Position numbers and translations under genes: made by a program. Positions 43,032 through 52,058 of a stretch of 64,000 bases of DNA are shown here, one piece after another. The stretch spans positions 3,956 to 67,955 of the forward strand of contig DAONEM010000008.1 in the NCBI GenBank assembly GCA_035403085.1. Reading direction: 5' to 3'. This DNA is from Candidatus Aminicenantes bacterium. Its GTDB lineage: Bacteria; Acidobacteriota; Aminicenantia; JAMOAD01. The stretch's first letter is position 1. Every line of letters starts with the position of its first letter. The notes under the pieces are model-generated. The model was not told the origin of the DNA. It saw only the letters and a list, made by a program, of their open reading frames with translations, and did no database searches.

Positions 43032-44201
43032 ATGAACGAGTTTGATCGACCCCGCTCCCGCAAGGGAACGGCCTCGGTGAAATGGGATTTTCTCGAGAAA
43101 AACTGCGGAGGAAGCGATCTTCTTCCCCTTTGGGTGGCGGACATGGACTTCCCCTCCCCTCCGGAAGTAGTAGAGGCCCTCACGAAGAGAGCGGAAGAGG
43201 GAATCTACGGCTACACCGACCATAGCGCCGACTACTTTTCCGCCCTGGAGGAGTGGAATCGGAAGCGACACGGATGGCGGTGCGACCCCTCCTGGGTCGT
43301 CTCGGTCCCCGGTGTCGTACCCGCTCTCAACATGGCGGTGAGGGCTTTTACGAAACCGGGAGACAAGGTTCTGGTCCAACGGCCGGTCTACTACCCCTTC
43401 ATGAACTCGATCGAACTGAACGGGGCCCGGGTGATCAACAGCCCTCTCGTCCTTCGGGACAGACGTTACAGGATGGACCCGAAAGACCTTGAAGAGAAAC
43501 TCTCCGATCCCCGTTGTCGGATGATGATCCTCTGCAGCCCTCACAACCCGGTCGGCAGGGTTTGGCAAGAGGGTGAGCTCAGGCTCGTCGCCGACCTCTG
43601 CCGGGAGAAGGGGGTGATTCTGGTGAGCGACGAGATCCACTCGGACCTCGTCTTCCCGGGGTTCCGCCACCGTCCCCTCCTGTCGATCGACCCCTCCTAT
43701 TCGTCCTTCACGCTCCTCTGTACCTCCCCCTCGAAGAGTTTCAACCTCGCCGGGTTGCAGTGCGCCAACATGATCGTTCCGGACCCAATACTAAGGAGGG
43801 GGATTCTGGAAGAGAGGGAGCGCCTCGGACTCTTCCTCCCCAACTTCTTTGGGGGTGTCGCCCTGGAGGCGGCCTACCGTTACGGGGAGCCTTGGCTTGA
43901 GAGGCTCATGACCTATCTCAAGGGGAACCTTGACCTTCTCACGCGTTTCCTGGGCGATAGGCTTCCCGAAGCCATCCTCACGGAGCCCGAGGGGACCTAT
44001 CTGGCTTGGGTGGATCTGAGAGGCGTGGAGAGGGATTGGCCTCGGGCGGAGAAGATTCTCCTGGAGAGGGCCAAGGTTGCCTACGATCCGGGGGTCCTCT
44101 TCGGCCCCGAAGGGGAAGGGTATATCCGTATCAACCTGGCTTGTCCTAGATCCTTACTCCAAGAGGCTTTGGAGAGGACGGCCCAGGCTTTCGGGAGGTG
44201 A
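43032..44201 (+). CDS. MalY/PatB-family PLP-dependent C-S lyase (cystathionine beta-lyase-like aminotransferase)
   Basis: The N-terminus DRPRSRKGTASVKWD...LPLWVADMDFPSP is characteristic of MalY/PatB. The PLP-Lys region is SPSKSFNLAG. Confidence 0.85.
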   Translation: MNEFDRPRSRKGTASVKWDFLEKNCGGSDLLPLWVADMDFPSPPEVVEALTKRAEEGIYGYTDHSADYFSALEEWNRKRHGWRCDPSWVVSVPGVVPALNMAVRAFTKPGDKVLVQRPVYYPFMNSIELNGARVINSPLVLRDRRYRMDPKDLEEKLSDPRCRMMILCSPHNPVGRVWQEGELRLVADLCREKGVILVSDEIHSDLVFPGFRHRPLLSIDPSYSSFTLLCTSPSKSFNLAGLQCANMIVPDPILRRGILEERERLGLFLPNFFGGVALEAAYRYGEPWLERLMTYLKGNLDLLTRFLGDRLPEAILTEPEGTYLAWVDLRGVERDWPRAEKILLERAKVAYDPGVLFGPEGEGYIRINLACPRSLLQEALERTAQAFGR

Positions 44202-44212
44202 GGAGAAGGGCG

Positions 44213-44241
44213 TTGACAAAGCCCCTCTTTTCGCATAAAAT
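44213..44241 (+). promoter_or_regulatory. sigma70-type promoter of tRNA-Leu(CAA) (TTGACA-17-TAAAAT)
   Basis: TTGACA is at 44213-44218 and TAAAAT at 44236-44241, 15 nt before the tRNA 5' end. Confidence 0.55.
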
Positions 44242-44256
44242 TCATAAACGGAATGT

Positions 44257-44341
44257 GCCGAAGTGGTGGAATTGGCAGACGCGTCGGACTCAAAATCCGA
44301 AGAGGGTTTCCCTCGTGTGGGTTCAAGTCCCACCTTCGGCA
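44257..44341 (+). tRNA. tRNA-Leu (anticodon CAA)
   Basis: GCCGAAGTGGTGGAATTGGCAGACGCGTCGGACTCAAAATCCGA...variable arm...GGTTCAAGTCCCACCTTCGGCA. The acceptor pairs GCCGAAG/CTTCGGC. Confidence 0.88.
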
Positions 44342-44438
44342 CACCTTTCCTATATGCTTGTCGGCAAGCCCCTTTCGGCTTTGTTTGACCGGATTGAAGA
44401 AACATGTTAATTTAGCGATATTCTACGGGAGGTAGTCC

Positions 44439-45989
44439 ATGTCCATAGAGAAGAAACTACTCGACCTGAAGACGAAGAAAGAGCAAGGACTTCAGGGGGG
44501 TGGTGAGAAGAGGATACAGAAGCAGCATGAGCAGGGGAAGCTTACGGCTCGTGAGAGGATCGCTCGGATCGTTGACCCCGGTAGTTTCGAAGAGCTCGAT
44601 CTCTTCGTCACCCACCGTTGCCAAGATTTCGAAATGGCCAAGAACCAGCCGCTTACCGACGGCGTTGTCACCGGATACGGGACCATCAACGGCCGGTTGG
44701 TGTTCCTCTACGCTCAGGATTTCACAATCTTCGGCGGATCCCTCTCCAAGAGCCACGCGGAGAAGATCGTGAAAGTCATGGAGATGGCCGCCAAGGCAGG
44801 CGCCCCTCTCATCGGAGTGAACGACTCGGGTGGGGCGAGGATTCAGGAAGGAGTCGACGCTTTGGCCGGATACGCGGATATTTTCCTCCGCAACGTCCTC
44901 TACTCCGGCGTCATCCCCCAGATCTCCCTGATCGTGGGACCCTGCGCCGGTGGCGCGGTCTACTCCCCCGCCATCACAGACTATGTGATGATGGTGGACA
45001 AGAGCTCCTACATGTTCTTGACCGGGCCCAAGGTCGTCAAGCAGGTTACCTCTGAGGACGTTACCACCGAGCAGCTCGGCGGAGCCACCGTTCATGCCAC
45101 CAAGAGCGGCGTGGCCCACCTTGTTTACGCCAGCGAAGACGATGCCGTCGTCGGACTGAAGAAGCTCCTCTCTTTCTTCCCCCAGAACAACGGGGAGAAA
45201 CCCCCGGTCTTGCCCTGCCAGGATCCGGCCGAGAGGTTTGAGGAGAAGCTCAACGCCATCGTCCCCGACAACCCCAACAAGCCCTACGACATGAAGGAGA
45301 TTATCTCGCTTCTGGTCGACAACGGGGACTTCTTCGAGATTCAGCCGATGTTCGCCCCCAACATCCTCGTCGGTTTCGCCAGGTTCAACGGGAAGAGCGT
45401 GGGGATCATCGCCAACCAGCCCAAGGTCATGGCCGGTGTTCTGGACAACAACGCCTCTATCAAGAGCGCCCGGTTCGTCCGTTTCTGCGATGCCTTTAAC
45501 ATTCCCCTGTTGATCCTGGAGGATGTCCCCGGCTTCATGCCCGGGACCGGTCAGGAGTACGGCGGGATCATCCGCAACGGCGCCAAACTTCTTTACGCCT
45601 TCGCGGAGGCTACTGTTCCCAAGGTCACCGTGATCGTCCGCAAATCCTATGGCGGAGCCTACTGCGTCATGAACTCCAAGCACATCCGGGGAGACCTTGT
45701 CTTTGCCTGGCCCTCCGCCGAGATCGCCGTCATGGGTCCCGACGGCGCCGTAGAGATCATCTACAGCCAGGAGCTCAAGGACGCCGAAAACAAACCGGCC
45801 AAGAAGGAAGAGCTCAAGAAACTCTACGAAGACCTCTTCGCCAACCCCTACACGGCGGCGCGCAAAGGCTACGTTGATGATGTCATCGAGCCTGCCAACA
45901 CGCGTTTGCGCCTCGTGAAGGCCTTCGAGATGCTCGCCGGCAAGAGAGACTCCAACCCCCCGAAGAAGCACGGGAACATACCTCTCTAA
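44439..45989 (+). CDS. acyl-CoA carboxyltransferase (methylmalonyl-CoA decarboxylase alpha / propionyl-CoA carboxylase beta family)
   Basis: It is 516 aa with typical carboxyltransferase sequence ([44 protein letters not shown]). Confidence 0.93.
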   Translation: MSIEKKLLDLKTKKEQGLQGGGEKRIQKQHEQGKLTARERIARIVDPGSFEELDLFVTHRCQDFEMAKNQPLTDGVVTGYGTINGRLVFLYAQDFTIFGGSLSKSHAEKIVKVMEMAAKAGAPLIGVNDSGGARIQEGVDALAGYADIFLRNVLYSGVIPQISLIVGPCAGGAVYSPAITDYVMMVDKSSYMFLTGPKVVKQVTSEDVTTEQLGGATVHATKSGVAHLVYASEDDAVVGLKKLLSFFPQNNGEKPPVLPCQDPAERFEEKLNAIVPDNPNKPYDMKEIISLLVDNGDFFEIQPMFAPNILVGFARFNGKSVGIIANQPKVMAGVLDNNASIKSARFVRFCDAFNIPLLILEDVPGFMPGTGQEYGGIIRNGAKLLYAFAEATVPKVTVIVRKSYGGAYCVMNSKHIRGDLVFAWPSAEIAVMGPDGAVEIIYSQELKDAENKPAKKEELKKLYEDLFANPYTAARKGYVDDVIEPANTRLRLVKAFEMLAGKRDSNPPKKHGNIPL

Positions 45990-46002
45990 GGGACGGCAAG
46001 GA

Positions 46003-46332
46003 ATGCAGAGTATCGTAGGAATCGCGCTTCTGGCCGTATTTGCGGCGTTGGTTATCTATGTTCTCATCTTTCGGCGACCCCCCAAGGAAGAAGGAGCGGA
46101 GGACCCTGTCCTGACTCCCTCTCTGGATTCCCTCCCCTTGACAAGGGAAGAGGATCCCCCGGTGGAGCCGGAGATTCTGGCCGTGATCACCGCGGTGATC
46201 GAAGCCGAGACACTGCTTTCTCCGGTTCTCGAAGAGGGCCGGATGACCTTTGATTCCCAGAAATCTCAGAGGGGTTGGTCGGATACCTCCCGGTTGGCCC
46301 TCAGACCCTTCGAAGGAGAGGTGAGAAGATGA
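46003..46332 (+). CDS. OadG/MmdD-like small membrane subunit of Na+-transporting decarboxylase
   Basis: It is 109 aa with an N-terminal TM helix and an EILAVITAVIEAE motif typical of OadG-family subunits. It lies between the carboxyltransferase and the biotin carrier. Confidence 0.6.
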   Translation: MQSIVGIALLAVFAALVIYVLIFRRPPKEEGAEDPVLTPSLDSLPLTREEDPPVEPEILAVITAVIEAETLLSPVLEEGRMTFDSQKSQRGWSDTSRLALRPFEGEVRR

Positions 46333-46835
46333 GAGAGTATACCGTTACAATCAACGAGAAAGATTACAAGGCTAAGGTGGCGGAGATCAACGCCGACCAG
46401 GCCGTGATCGTGATAGATGGTAAAGAGTATAAGGTTGGGTTGAAGGAGATCGGCCGCAAGAAAGACCTCCTTTCCGGAGCCCATCAGAGGGTTGAGTCGG
46501 CGCAGGCCCCTGCGGCCTCTCCCGCCGCCCCCGTGAAGTCTTTGAGCGTGGTCTCCGAGCCCTCCCTTCCGACCCAGAGAGTGGAGAAGGTCGGCGGCGG
46601 AGACGGGGCGATCGGCTCCCCCCTGCCGGGTCTGATCATCGATGTCCTCGTGAAGGAAGGGGACGCGGTGAAGGCCGGCCAGAACGTTGTCATCATGGAA
46701 GCCATGAAGATGGAAAACCAGATTCAGTCGCCTTTTGATGGTAAAGTCGCCCGAATCCACGTTCAGAAAGGGAAGAACGTGGTAGAGGGGGATGTCCTCA
46801 TCGAGATTGCCCGGCCTCCCCTGACGACACTTTAA
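46329..46835 (+). CDS. biotin carboxyl carrier protein (decarboxylase gamma / 1.3S-type subunit)
   Basis: The C-terminal biotinyl domain has the EAMKMEN motif. Start is at ATG 46329, overlapping the upstream stop in an ATGA. Confidence 0.85.
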   Translation: MREYTVTINEKDYKAKVAEINADQAVIVIDGKEYKVGLKEIGRKKDLLSGAHQRVESAQAPAASPAAPVKSLSVVSEPSLPTQRVEKVGGGDGAIGSPLPGLIIDVLVKEGDAVKAGQNVVIMEAMKMENQIQSPFDGKVARIHVQKGKNVVEGDVLIEIARPPLTTL

Positions 46836-46864
46836 AAAAAAGCGGGGAGAACCGGTTTGGTTCG

Positions 46865-46887
46865 GGTTCCGGGGAGCGCCCGGAACC
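46865..46887 (+). terminator. hairpin after the biotin-carrier gene
   Basis: A 9-bp perfect stem GGTTCCGGG/CCCGGAACC has a GAGCG loop. It lies 30 nt after the stop, and no strong U-tract follows. Confidence 0.35.
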
Positions 46888-46914
46888 TCTTCGACATAGA
46901 CCGGGAGGTGGAAG

Positions 46915-47835
46915 ATGGAAAAAATGATTTCCGCAATCCCCAACTTTTGTGAAGGAAGGAACACCGCCGTCATTGATGAGGTTACCGCGGCACTCCGGCG
47001 GGTGGACCATCTCTTCGTCTTGGACGTATCCGCCGATCGACTCCGTAACCGAACCGTTTTCTCTCTCATCGGGCCTCAAAGGGCCATCCTGGAGGCAGGA
47101 AGGCTTCTCTACGGGCTTGCCAGAGAAAAGATCGACATGAGGAAACACCGTGGGGACTACCCCCGGTTGGGTGCCCTGGATGTCTTCCCCATCGTTCCTG
47201 TCCAAGAATCGACGATCCAGGAGGCCGCCAAACTCGCCGAAGAGCTCGGCCGACTTGTGGCCAAAGAGTTCGATGTTCCGGTTTATCTCTTCGGAGAGGC
47301 TGCGCGTTCGCCGCTCCGCAGGGAGGTGGACGCCATCAGGGAAGGGGAGTACGAGGGTCTGGCGCGTAAGCTTCTGGATCCGCAGAACAAACCGGACTAT
47401 GGCCCGGACACCTTCGACCCCACCTTCGGGGCGACCATCATCGGAGCCCGCTTCCCCCTGATAACCTTCATGGCTTTCTTCGATACAAAGGATGAAGAGG
47501 CCGTCGCCGCTATAGCCAAATCGGTTGCCTACGCACACGGAGGGCTCAGCCAGGTAAGGACCTACTACGGAATGGTTCCCGAGCGGGGTGAGGCCCAGGT
47601 GACGGTGAAGATCGCCAACTATACGGCGACCCCCCTCTACCGTGTGGTCGAGTTGATGAAGGTTGAGGCACGCCGCTTCGGCGTGAGGCTGAAAGGGGTA
47701 GACCTGATCGGTTTGACTCCTCAGTCGGTTCTCGTGGAGGCGGCTCAGTACTACCTCTCTTTGCGCGACTTCACCCCGGACAAACTCCTTGAGACGAGCC
47801 TGAAGAAGCATCTGCCTAAAGAGAGAAACCTATAA
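46915..47835 (+). CDS. glutamate formimidoyltransferase (FtcD N-terminal-type)
   Basis: The N-terminus AIPNFCEGRN...VLDVSADRLRNRTVFSLIG matches the formiminotransferase domain, at 306 aa. Confidence 0.82.
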   Translation: MEKMISAIPNFCEGRNTAVIDEVTAALRRVDHLFVLDVSADRLRNRTVFSLIGPQRAILEAGRLLYGLAREKIDMRKHRGDYPRLGALDVFPIVPVQESTIQEAAKLAEELGRLVAKEFDVPVYLFGEAARSPLRREVDAIREGEYEGLARKLLDPQNKPDYGPDTFDPTFGATIIGARFPLITFMAFFDTKDEEAVAAIAKSVAYAHGGLSQVRTYYGMVPERGEAQVTVKIANYTATPLYRVVELMKVEARRFGVRLKGVDLIGLTPQSVLVEAAQYYLSLRDFTPDKLLETSLKKHLPKERNL

Positions 47836-47951
47836 CCTGCGGCGGAAAGAGCGGAGGGGATTTAACAAGAGCCCCTTCAGACGGGAGGCCCGAAGAGGCG
47901 CAACCAAGCTCTTGGGGAATCTCCGGATAAAAGAAAAAGGAAGGTGTTGTC

Positions 47952-48347
47952 ATGAAAAAGATCGACCACGTAGGGGTAGCGGTTCCTTCCCTTGCCGAGG
48001 CGAAACCCTTTTACGCAGAGGGTCTCGGCCTCAAACTCCTCGCAGAGGAGGAGGTGGCGGAACAGAGAGTGAGGGTAGCCATGTTCCAGTGTGGCGAGAG
48101 CCGTATCGAGCTTCTGGAGCCGACCTCCCCGGAGAGTCCCATCGCCAAGTTTTTGGAGAAGAAGGGTTCCGGGATCCACCACATCGCCGTCGAAGTGAAA
48201 GACGTTGAGGCTGAGCTCAACGCCCTGCAAGCCCAAGGCGTCAAACTCATCGATACAGTCGCCCGAATCGGCGCCGGCGGCCATAAGATCGCCTTCGTGC
48301 ACCCCAAGTCCACCTCCGGCGTTCTGCTGGAGCTGACCCAGAAATAA
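47952..48347 (+). CDS. mce: methylmalonyl-CoA epimerase (VOC/glyoxalase family)
   Basis: It is 131 aa. KIDHVGVAV..., IELLEP and GIHHIAVEV are typical of methylmalonyl-CoA epimerase. Confidence 0.88.
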   Translation: MKKIDHVGVAVPSLAEAKPFYAEGLGLKLLAEEEVAEQRVRVAMFQCGESRIELLEPTSPESPIAKFLEKKGSGIHHIAVEVKDVEAELNALQAQGVKLIDTVARIGAGGHKIAFVHPKSTSGVLLELTQK

Positions 48348-48356
48348 TCAACAGGC

Positions 48357-49244
48357 GTGGCCGGGAAGGGCCTTTCCGGCCATGCTTCGTACTTCACTGT
48401 GAAACCTTTCTATATCCGGATTCCCGAGGGGTCTTCCTTGAGGCTCCAGGAGGCCGTAGCCAGATACCTCCGCTGGGACGCCGAGAGGGCGAGAGAGAGG
48501 GTTCTTGCGGGTGGGGTCTGGTCGGGAAAGAAGAGACTCCTTGACCCGTCGGCGCCGGTGGCGGGATCGCTCCTCACCGTTTACCCCGACGGGAAGAAGA
48601 GGTCTCTCTATACCCCCTTAGATCCTGAATGGATTCTCTACAGGGACGACTCCCTTCTCGTTGTCTACAAACCTCCCAACTGGGCCGTACATCCGACGCC
48701 TATCGAGAAGGGGTCTCTCCTGACCGCCCTCCGCGAGGCTTTTCCTGAGGAGAGCCTCTTCCCCGGGAACCGGATCGACCTTGAGGCCCACGGACTCGTC
48801 TTCTTCCCCCGCTCCCGCAAGGGTGCCGAACTCTTCAACCGGCTGATCCGGGAGCGGAAGATTGAGAAGTTCTACCTGGCGCTCACGCCGCACATGGGAA
48901 ACCCACCGGGGAGCCTCCGCTTCACGAATCCCTTGGAGGGAAAGGAGGCAGAGACGCGGGGCCGTTATCTGGGCGAGACCGCACAAGGTTCTCTCTTCGA
49001 AGTCAAGATAGGGACAGGCCGCTTCCATCAGATCCGGAAGCACTTCGCCCTGAACCTCTCCCCTCTCCTGGGAGAGAAAAAGTACGGCGGCGGCGCCCCT
49101 TCCGGTGGAGAGTTGGCTCTTCTCTGTTACCGGTACCGATGGAGCTACCCCGGTTCCGAAGAGGTTCAGGATGTCTCTTTTATTCCGCCCCGGTTAAAGG
49201 AGTGGAAAGCTCTCTTAACGAGGGGAGAAGGGGATTCGGAGTGA
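48357..49244 (+). CDS. RluA-family pseudouridine synthase (divergent)
   Basis: It has LLVVYKPPNWAVHP, a catalytic-Asp region GNRIDLEAHGLVFF and RFHQIRKHF. The start is GTG. Confidence 0.72.
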   Translation: MAGKGLSGHASYFTVKPFYIRIPEGSSLRLQEAVARYLRWDAERARERVLAGGVWSGKKRLLDPSAPVAGSLLTVYPDGKKRSLYTPLDPEWILYRDDSLLVVYKPPNWAVHPTPIEKGSLLTALREAFPEESLFPGNRIDLEAHGLVFFPRSRKGAELFNRLIRERKIEKFYLALTPHMGNPPGSLRFTNPLEGKEAETRGRYLGETAQGSLFEVKIGTGRFHQIRKHFALNLSPLLGEKKYGGGAPSGGELALLCYRYRWSYPGSEEVQDVSFIPPRLKEWKALLTRGEGDSE

Positions 49245-49313
49245 GCCTGTCTCCCCGTCGGTAACTCGAACCGGAGCAGGGCGAACGTCGGCTGTAATTC
49301 CTTCCCCCTTTTT

Positions 49314-49372
49314 TAAAAAGGAGTGTCCGTTGTATTCGTTGCATTCCCTCCGCTCTAAAAGGGGAGTGTTCC
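49314..49372 (+). repeat. bipartite intergenic repeat, copy A (23-nt core TAAAAAGGAGTGTCCGTTGTATT + second half-site AAAAGGGGAGTGTTCC)
   Basis: The 23-mer at 49314-49336 is identical to 58227-58249. A second GGAGTGT(C/T)C unit lies exactly 43 nt downstream in both loci. Confidence 0.8.
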
Positions 49373-49490
49373 TGGGAATTCGTTTTCATTAAAGGGCAAA
49401 GGTCCTTCTCCCAAGGTGAGGGGGAAGGAGCAGACGAAAGCCGAGGCCTTCCTCCTATCCGTTCCTGGGAAAAGTGAGGTAGAATACCCC

Positions 49491-50183
49491 ATGAGACGTT
49501 TGATCCTCTTCGATATAGACTGTACGCTCCTGAAGGCCGGCGGAGCCGGGCGGCGGGCCATGAGAAAGGCGTTGGCCGAACACCTTGGCGATGGTGAGTA
49601 CATCGACAGGGTGAAGTACGACGGCAAGACCGACCCCTTGATCGTTCGGGAGAGCCACGAGGCCTCTCTGACGAAAGAACCCCTCTCTCAGGAGCTACAG
49701 GAGAGAATCCTGAGCGCCTATCTCCTTTACCTTGAGGAGAACCTGAGGAGCGAAACCGGCGCTACCCTCATGCCCGGAATCCTTCCCCTCCTCGAGTCTC
49801 TCCGCCGGGAGAGGGAGGTGACACTGGGACTTCTGACCGGGAACATGGAGAGGGGGGGAAGGCTTAAACTTGGCCTCTTCCACCTCAACGGCTTCTTTCC
49901 CTTCGGCGCCTTCGGGAGCGACCATTGGAACCGGAACCTCCTCCTCCCCATCGCCTGGGAGAGGGCCGAGAGGTCGACGGGGCACTCCTTCTCCCCGCGG
50001 GAGACCGTGATCGTCGGGGACTCAATCCACGATGTGGCCTGCGTTAAACCCTACGGTGCCAAGGTTCTCGCCGTGGCGACGGGGAGCACTCCTTCCGGCG
50101 CCTTGTTGGCGGGAGACCCGGATGGGCTGATGGAGAGCCTGGAGATGACCGATAAAGCAGTGGAGGTGCTTTTAACGCTATGA
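49491..50183 (+). CDS. HAD-superfamily hydrolase (phosphoglycolate phosphatase-like)
   Basis: Motif I is LFDIDCTLL (DxDxT). The distal motif is VGDSIHD. Start is at ATG 49491. Confidence 0.8.
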   Translation: MRRLILFDIDCTLLKAGGAGRRAMRKALAEHLGDGEYIDRVKYDGKTDPLIVRESHEASLTKEPLSQELQERILSAYLLYLEENLRSETGATLMPGILPLLESLRREREVTLGLLTGNMERGGRLKLGLFHLNGFFPFGAFGSDHWNRNLLLPIAWERAERSTGHSFSPRETVIVGDSIHDVACVKPYGAKVLAVATGSTPSGALLAGDPDGLMESLEMTDKAVEVLLTL

Positions 50184-51163
50184 GCGGGAGCGATAGCAGG
50201 CCCCTCCTTTCTGGGGAAAACGCCAGGAAGGAGTACATCCGGAGAATCAACCTGGTCTTGGACTACATAGAGGGCCATCTGGACGGCGACCTCTCCCTCA
50301 CCAAGCTGGCCTCGGTGGCCGCTTTTTCCCCCTTTCATTTCCACAGGCTCTTCGCCCTCTTCATCGGGGAACCTCTGAACCGGTACATCGGGAGAATCCG
50401 CCTGGAGAGGGCCGCCAATCGTCTCACCTGTGACGCTGAAACGAGCGTTACCTCCGTAGCCTTGAACTGCGGTTATTCAGGCTCTTCGGCCTTCGCCAGG
50501 GCTTTCAAGGCTCACTTCGGTGTCTCTCCCAGGGAGTGGAGGGCCCGCAAGATCGGTATAGGGGAAAGCAAGTGGTGCCAACGGAAAGGCAATATCTGGC
50601 AAGAACCTCAAGGAAAGGTTGTCTATAATTACTCCAGTAAATTGATCGAATGGAGGATCACCATGACCAACCTTTCGGAAACAAAGATCACCGTCGAGAA
50701 CCTGGAGCCCATGGAAGTCGCCTACATCCGGCATATCGGCCCCTACAAGGGGGACGAAGCGCTCTTCCGAGAGCTCTTCTCCAAACTCATGAGGTGGGCG
50801 GGGACCAGAGGCCTCATCCACTTCCCGCAGACCCTCATGCTCGCCGTCTACCACGATGATCCCGATCTCACCGACGAGAACGCCTTGAGGCTCAGCTGTT
50901 GCATTACCGTTCCCGCCGGGACCGAGGGGGGCGGCGAGATCGGTACCATGAAGCTTCCCGGAGGACTCTACGCGGTCGGTCACTTCGACATTGCTTCCGA
51001 GCAGTTCGGGGAGGCCTGGAAGGGGCTCTGCTCCCTATGGCTCCCCCAGAGCGGGTACCAGGTCGACGACAGGCTCAGCTTTGAGATCTACAGGAACGAC
51101 CCCGACCAACACCCCCAACACCACCACATCGTCGATATTTGCATGCCTGTCAGGCCTCTCTGA
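50180..51163 (+). CDS. AraC-family transcriptional regulator with C-terminal GyrI-like effector-binding domain
   Basis: It has the AraC double HTH (LTKLASVAAFSPFHFHRLF...GYSGSSAFARAFKAHFGVSPREWR) and a GyrI-like domain (MEVAYIRHIGPYKG...). It overlaps the HAD stop in an ATGA. Confidence 0.85.
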   Translation: MSGSDSRPLLSGENARKEYIRRINLVLDYIEGHLDGDLSLTKLASVAAFSPFHFHRLFALFIGEPLNRYIGRIRLERAANRLTCDAETSVTSVALNCGYSGSSAFARAFKAHFGVSPREWRARKIGIGESKWCQRKGNIWQEPQGKVVYNYSSKLIEWRITMTNLSETKITVENLEPMEVAYIRHIGPYKGDEALFRELFSKLMRWAGTRGLIHFPQTLMLAVYHDDPDLTDENALRLSCCITVPAGTEGGGEIGTMKLPGGLYAVGHFDIASEQFGEAWKGLCSLWLPQSGYQVDDRLSFEIYRNDPDQHPQHHHIVDICMPVRPL

Positions 51164-51167
51164 AGGG

Positions 51168-51947
51168 TTAAGACCTCCAAAGGTTGGAGAGGACCTTCAC
51201 CATCAGGAGGGTGAGCCCCAGGAGAAAGATCGGTCGGATGACCCTGCTTCCCCGGGAAACGACGAGACGAGCGCCCAGGAGGTTCCCCCCGATTCCGAAG
51301 AAGAGGGCGGGAACCCCCAGGGCTAAAACCACCTTCCCGTGGAGAAGGAAGGTGGCTAGGGCGGCGATGTTGGAGGCCAGGTTGACGACTTTGGTGTTCC
51401 CGTTGGCCTTGACCAAGTCGTACTTGAGCCCCAGGATGTAGAAGACCAGGAGGAAGCTTCCTGTTCCTGGGCCGAAGAAACCGTCATAGAAGCCGAAGAA
51501 GCCGCCACCCAGGCAGGAGAGAAGGAGGCGGCGGCTCCGGGGAAGTTCCGATGAGCGGTCGTCTCCTCCAAGACCCTTGTTCAGAAGGGTGAAGAGGGCG
51601 ATGACTGGGACGAGGATGGCCAGAAGGTAGTTGAGAAAACGGGGGTTGAGGAGGAGAACCGTCCTGGTACCGGCCCAAGAGCCCAGAAGCGCGGAGAGCC
51701 CTCCCGTCAAGGCGACTGGGAGCTCCATCATCTTGTGGGTGTGGTAGCGCCAAGTGGCGAAGAGGGTTCCGAAGCAGGAGGAGAGTTTGTTGGTCCCCAA
51801 GGCGAAGTGGGGGGGGACACCGGCCGCTAGGTAGGCAGGAAGAGAGAGGAGCCCCCCTCCTCCGGCGATAGAGTCGATGACGCCGGCGAGGAAGATGGCG
51901 GGAAGAACGATGAGATAACTCTGCAGGGAGGGAACAAAGTTCTCCAT
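51168..51947 (-). CDS. TauE/SafE (TSUP) family sulfite/anion exporter
   Basis: It is a 259-aa polytopic protein with the internal duplication and Gly-rich helices typical of the TSUP family. Confidence 0.8.
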   Translation of the reverse strand: MENFVPSLQSYLIVLPAIFLAGVIDSIAGGGGLLSLPAYLAAGVPPHFALGTNKLSSCFGTLFATWRYHTHKMMELPVALTGGLSALLGSWAGTRTVLLLNPRFLNYLLAILVPVIALFTLLNKGLGGDDRSSELPRSRRLLLSCLGGGFFGFYDGFFGPGTGSFLLVFYILGLKYDLVKANGNTKVVNLASNIAALATFLLHGKVVLALGVPALFFGIGGNLLGARLVVSRGSRVIRPIFLLGLTLLMVKVLSNLWRS

Positions 51948-51953
51948 GAAGGG

Positions 51954-51981
51954 AGAGTATCATCGGTGAAGAAGAAGTCAA
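51954..51981 (-). promoter_or_regulatory. candidate sigma70 promoter of the TauE-family gene (TTGACT-16-TACTCT), -10 ends 6 nt before the ATG
   Basis: On the minus strand the reading is TTGACT (51981-51976), 16 nt, TACTCT (51959-51954), CCCTTC, then ATG (51947). Confidence 0.35.
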
Positions 51982-51991
51982 GAGAGGTTAC

Positions 51992-52020
51992 TTGATCTTT
52001 TAACTATGGGTAAATATACT
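51992..52020 (+). promoter_or_regulatory. candidate sigma70 promoter of the TetR-efflux operon (TTGATC-17-TATACT) flanked by a 9-nt inverted repeat
   Basis: TTGATC is at 51992-51997 and TATACT at 52015-52020. The inverted repeat TTACTTGAT (51988-51996) / ATCAAGTGA (52035-52043) brackets it. Confidence 0.4.
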
Positions 52021-52058
52021 ATACCAATGATTAAATCAAGTGACCGAGGGTACGAACG

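Noticed and set aside
47860-47915. A 7-bp inverted repeat CAAGAGC...GCTCTTG with a loop of about 35 nt, between the formimidoyltransferase gene and mce (possible structured RNA).
   Set aside because: The stem is short and the loop long. It shows no similarity to any riboswitch class I recognise, so it is probably fortuitous.
49403-49470. Three mutually complementary segments (CCTTCTCCC / GGGGGAAGGAG / GGCCTTCCTCC) that could form alternative hairpins upstream of the HAD gene (attenuator-like).
   Set aside because: These are purine/pyrimidine-tract complementarities common in this GC-rich genome. There is no U-tract, no leader-peptide logic and no second copy, so I did not call a riboswitch or attenuator.
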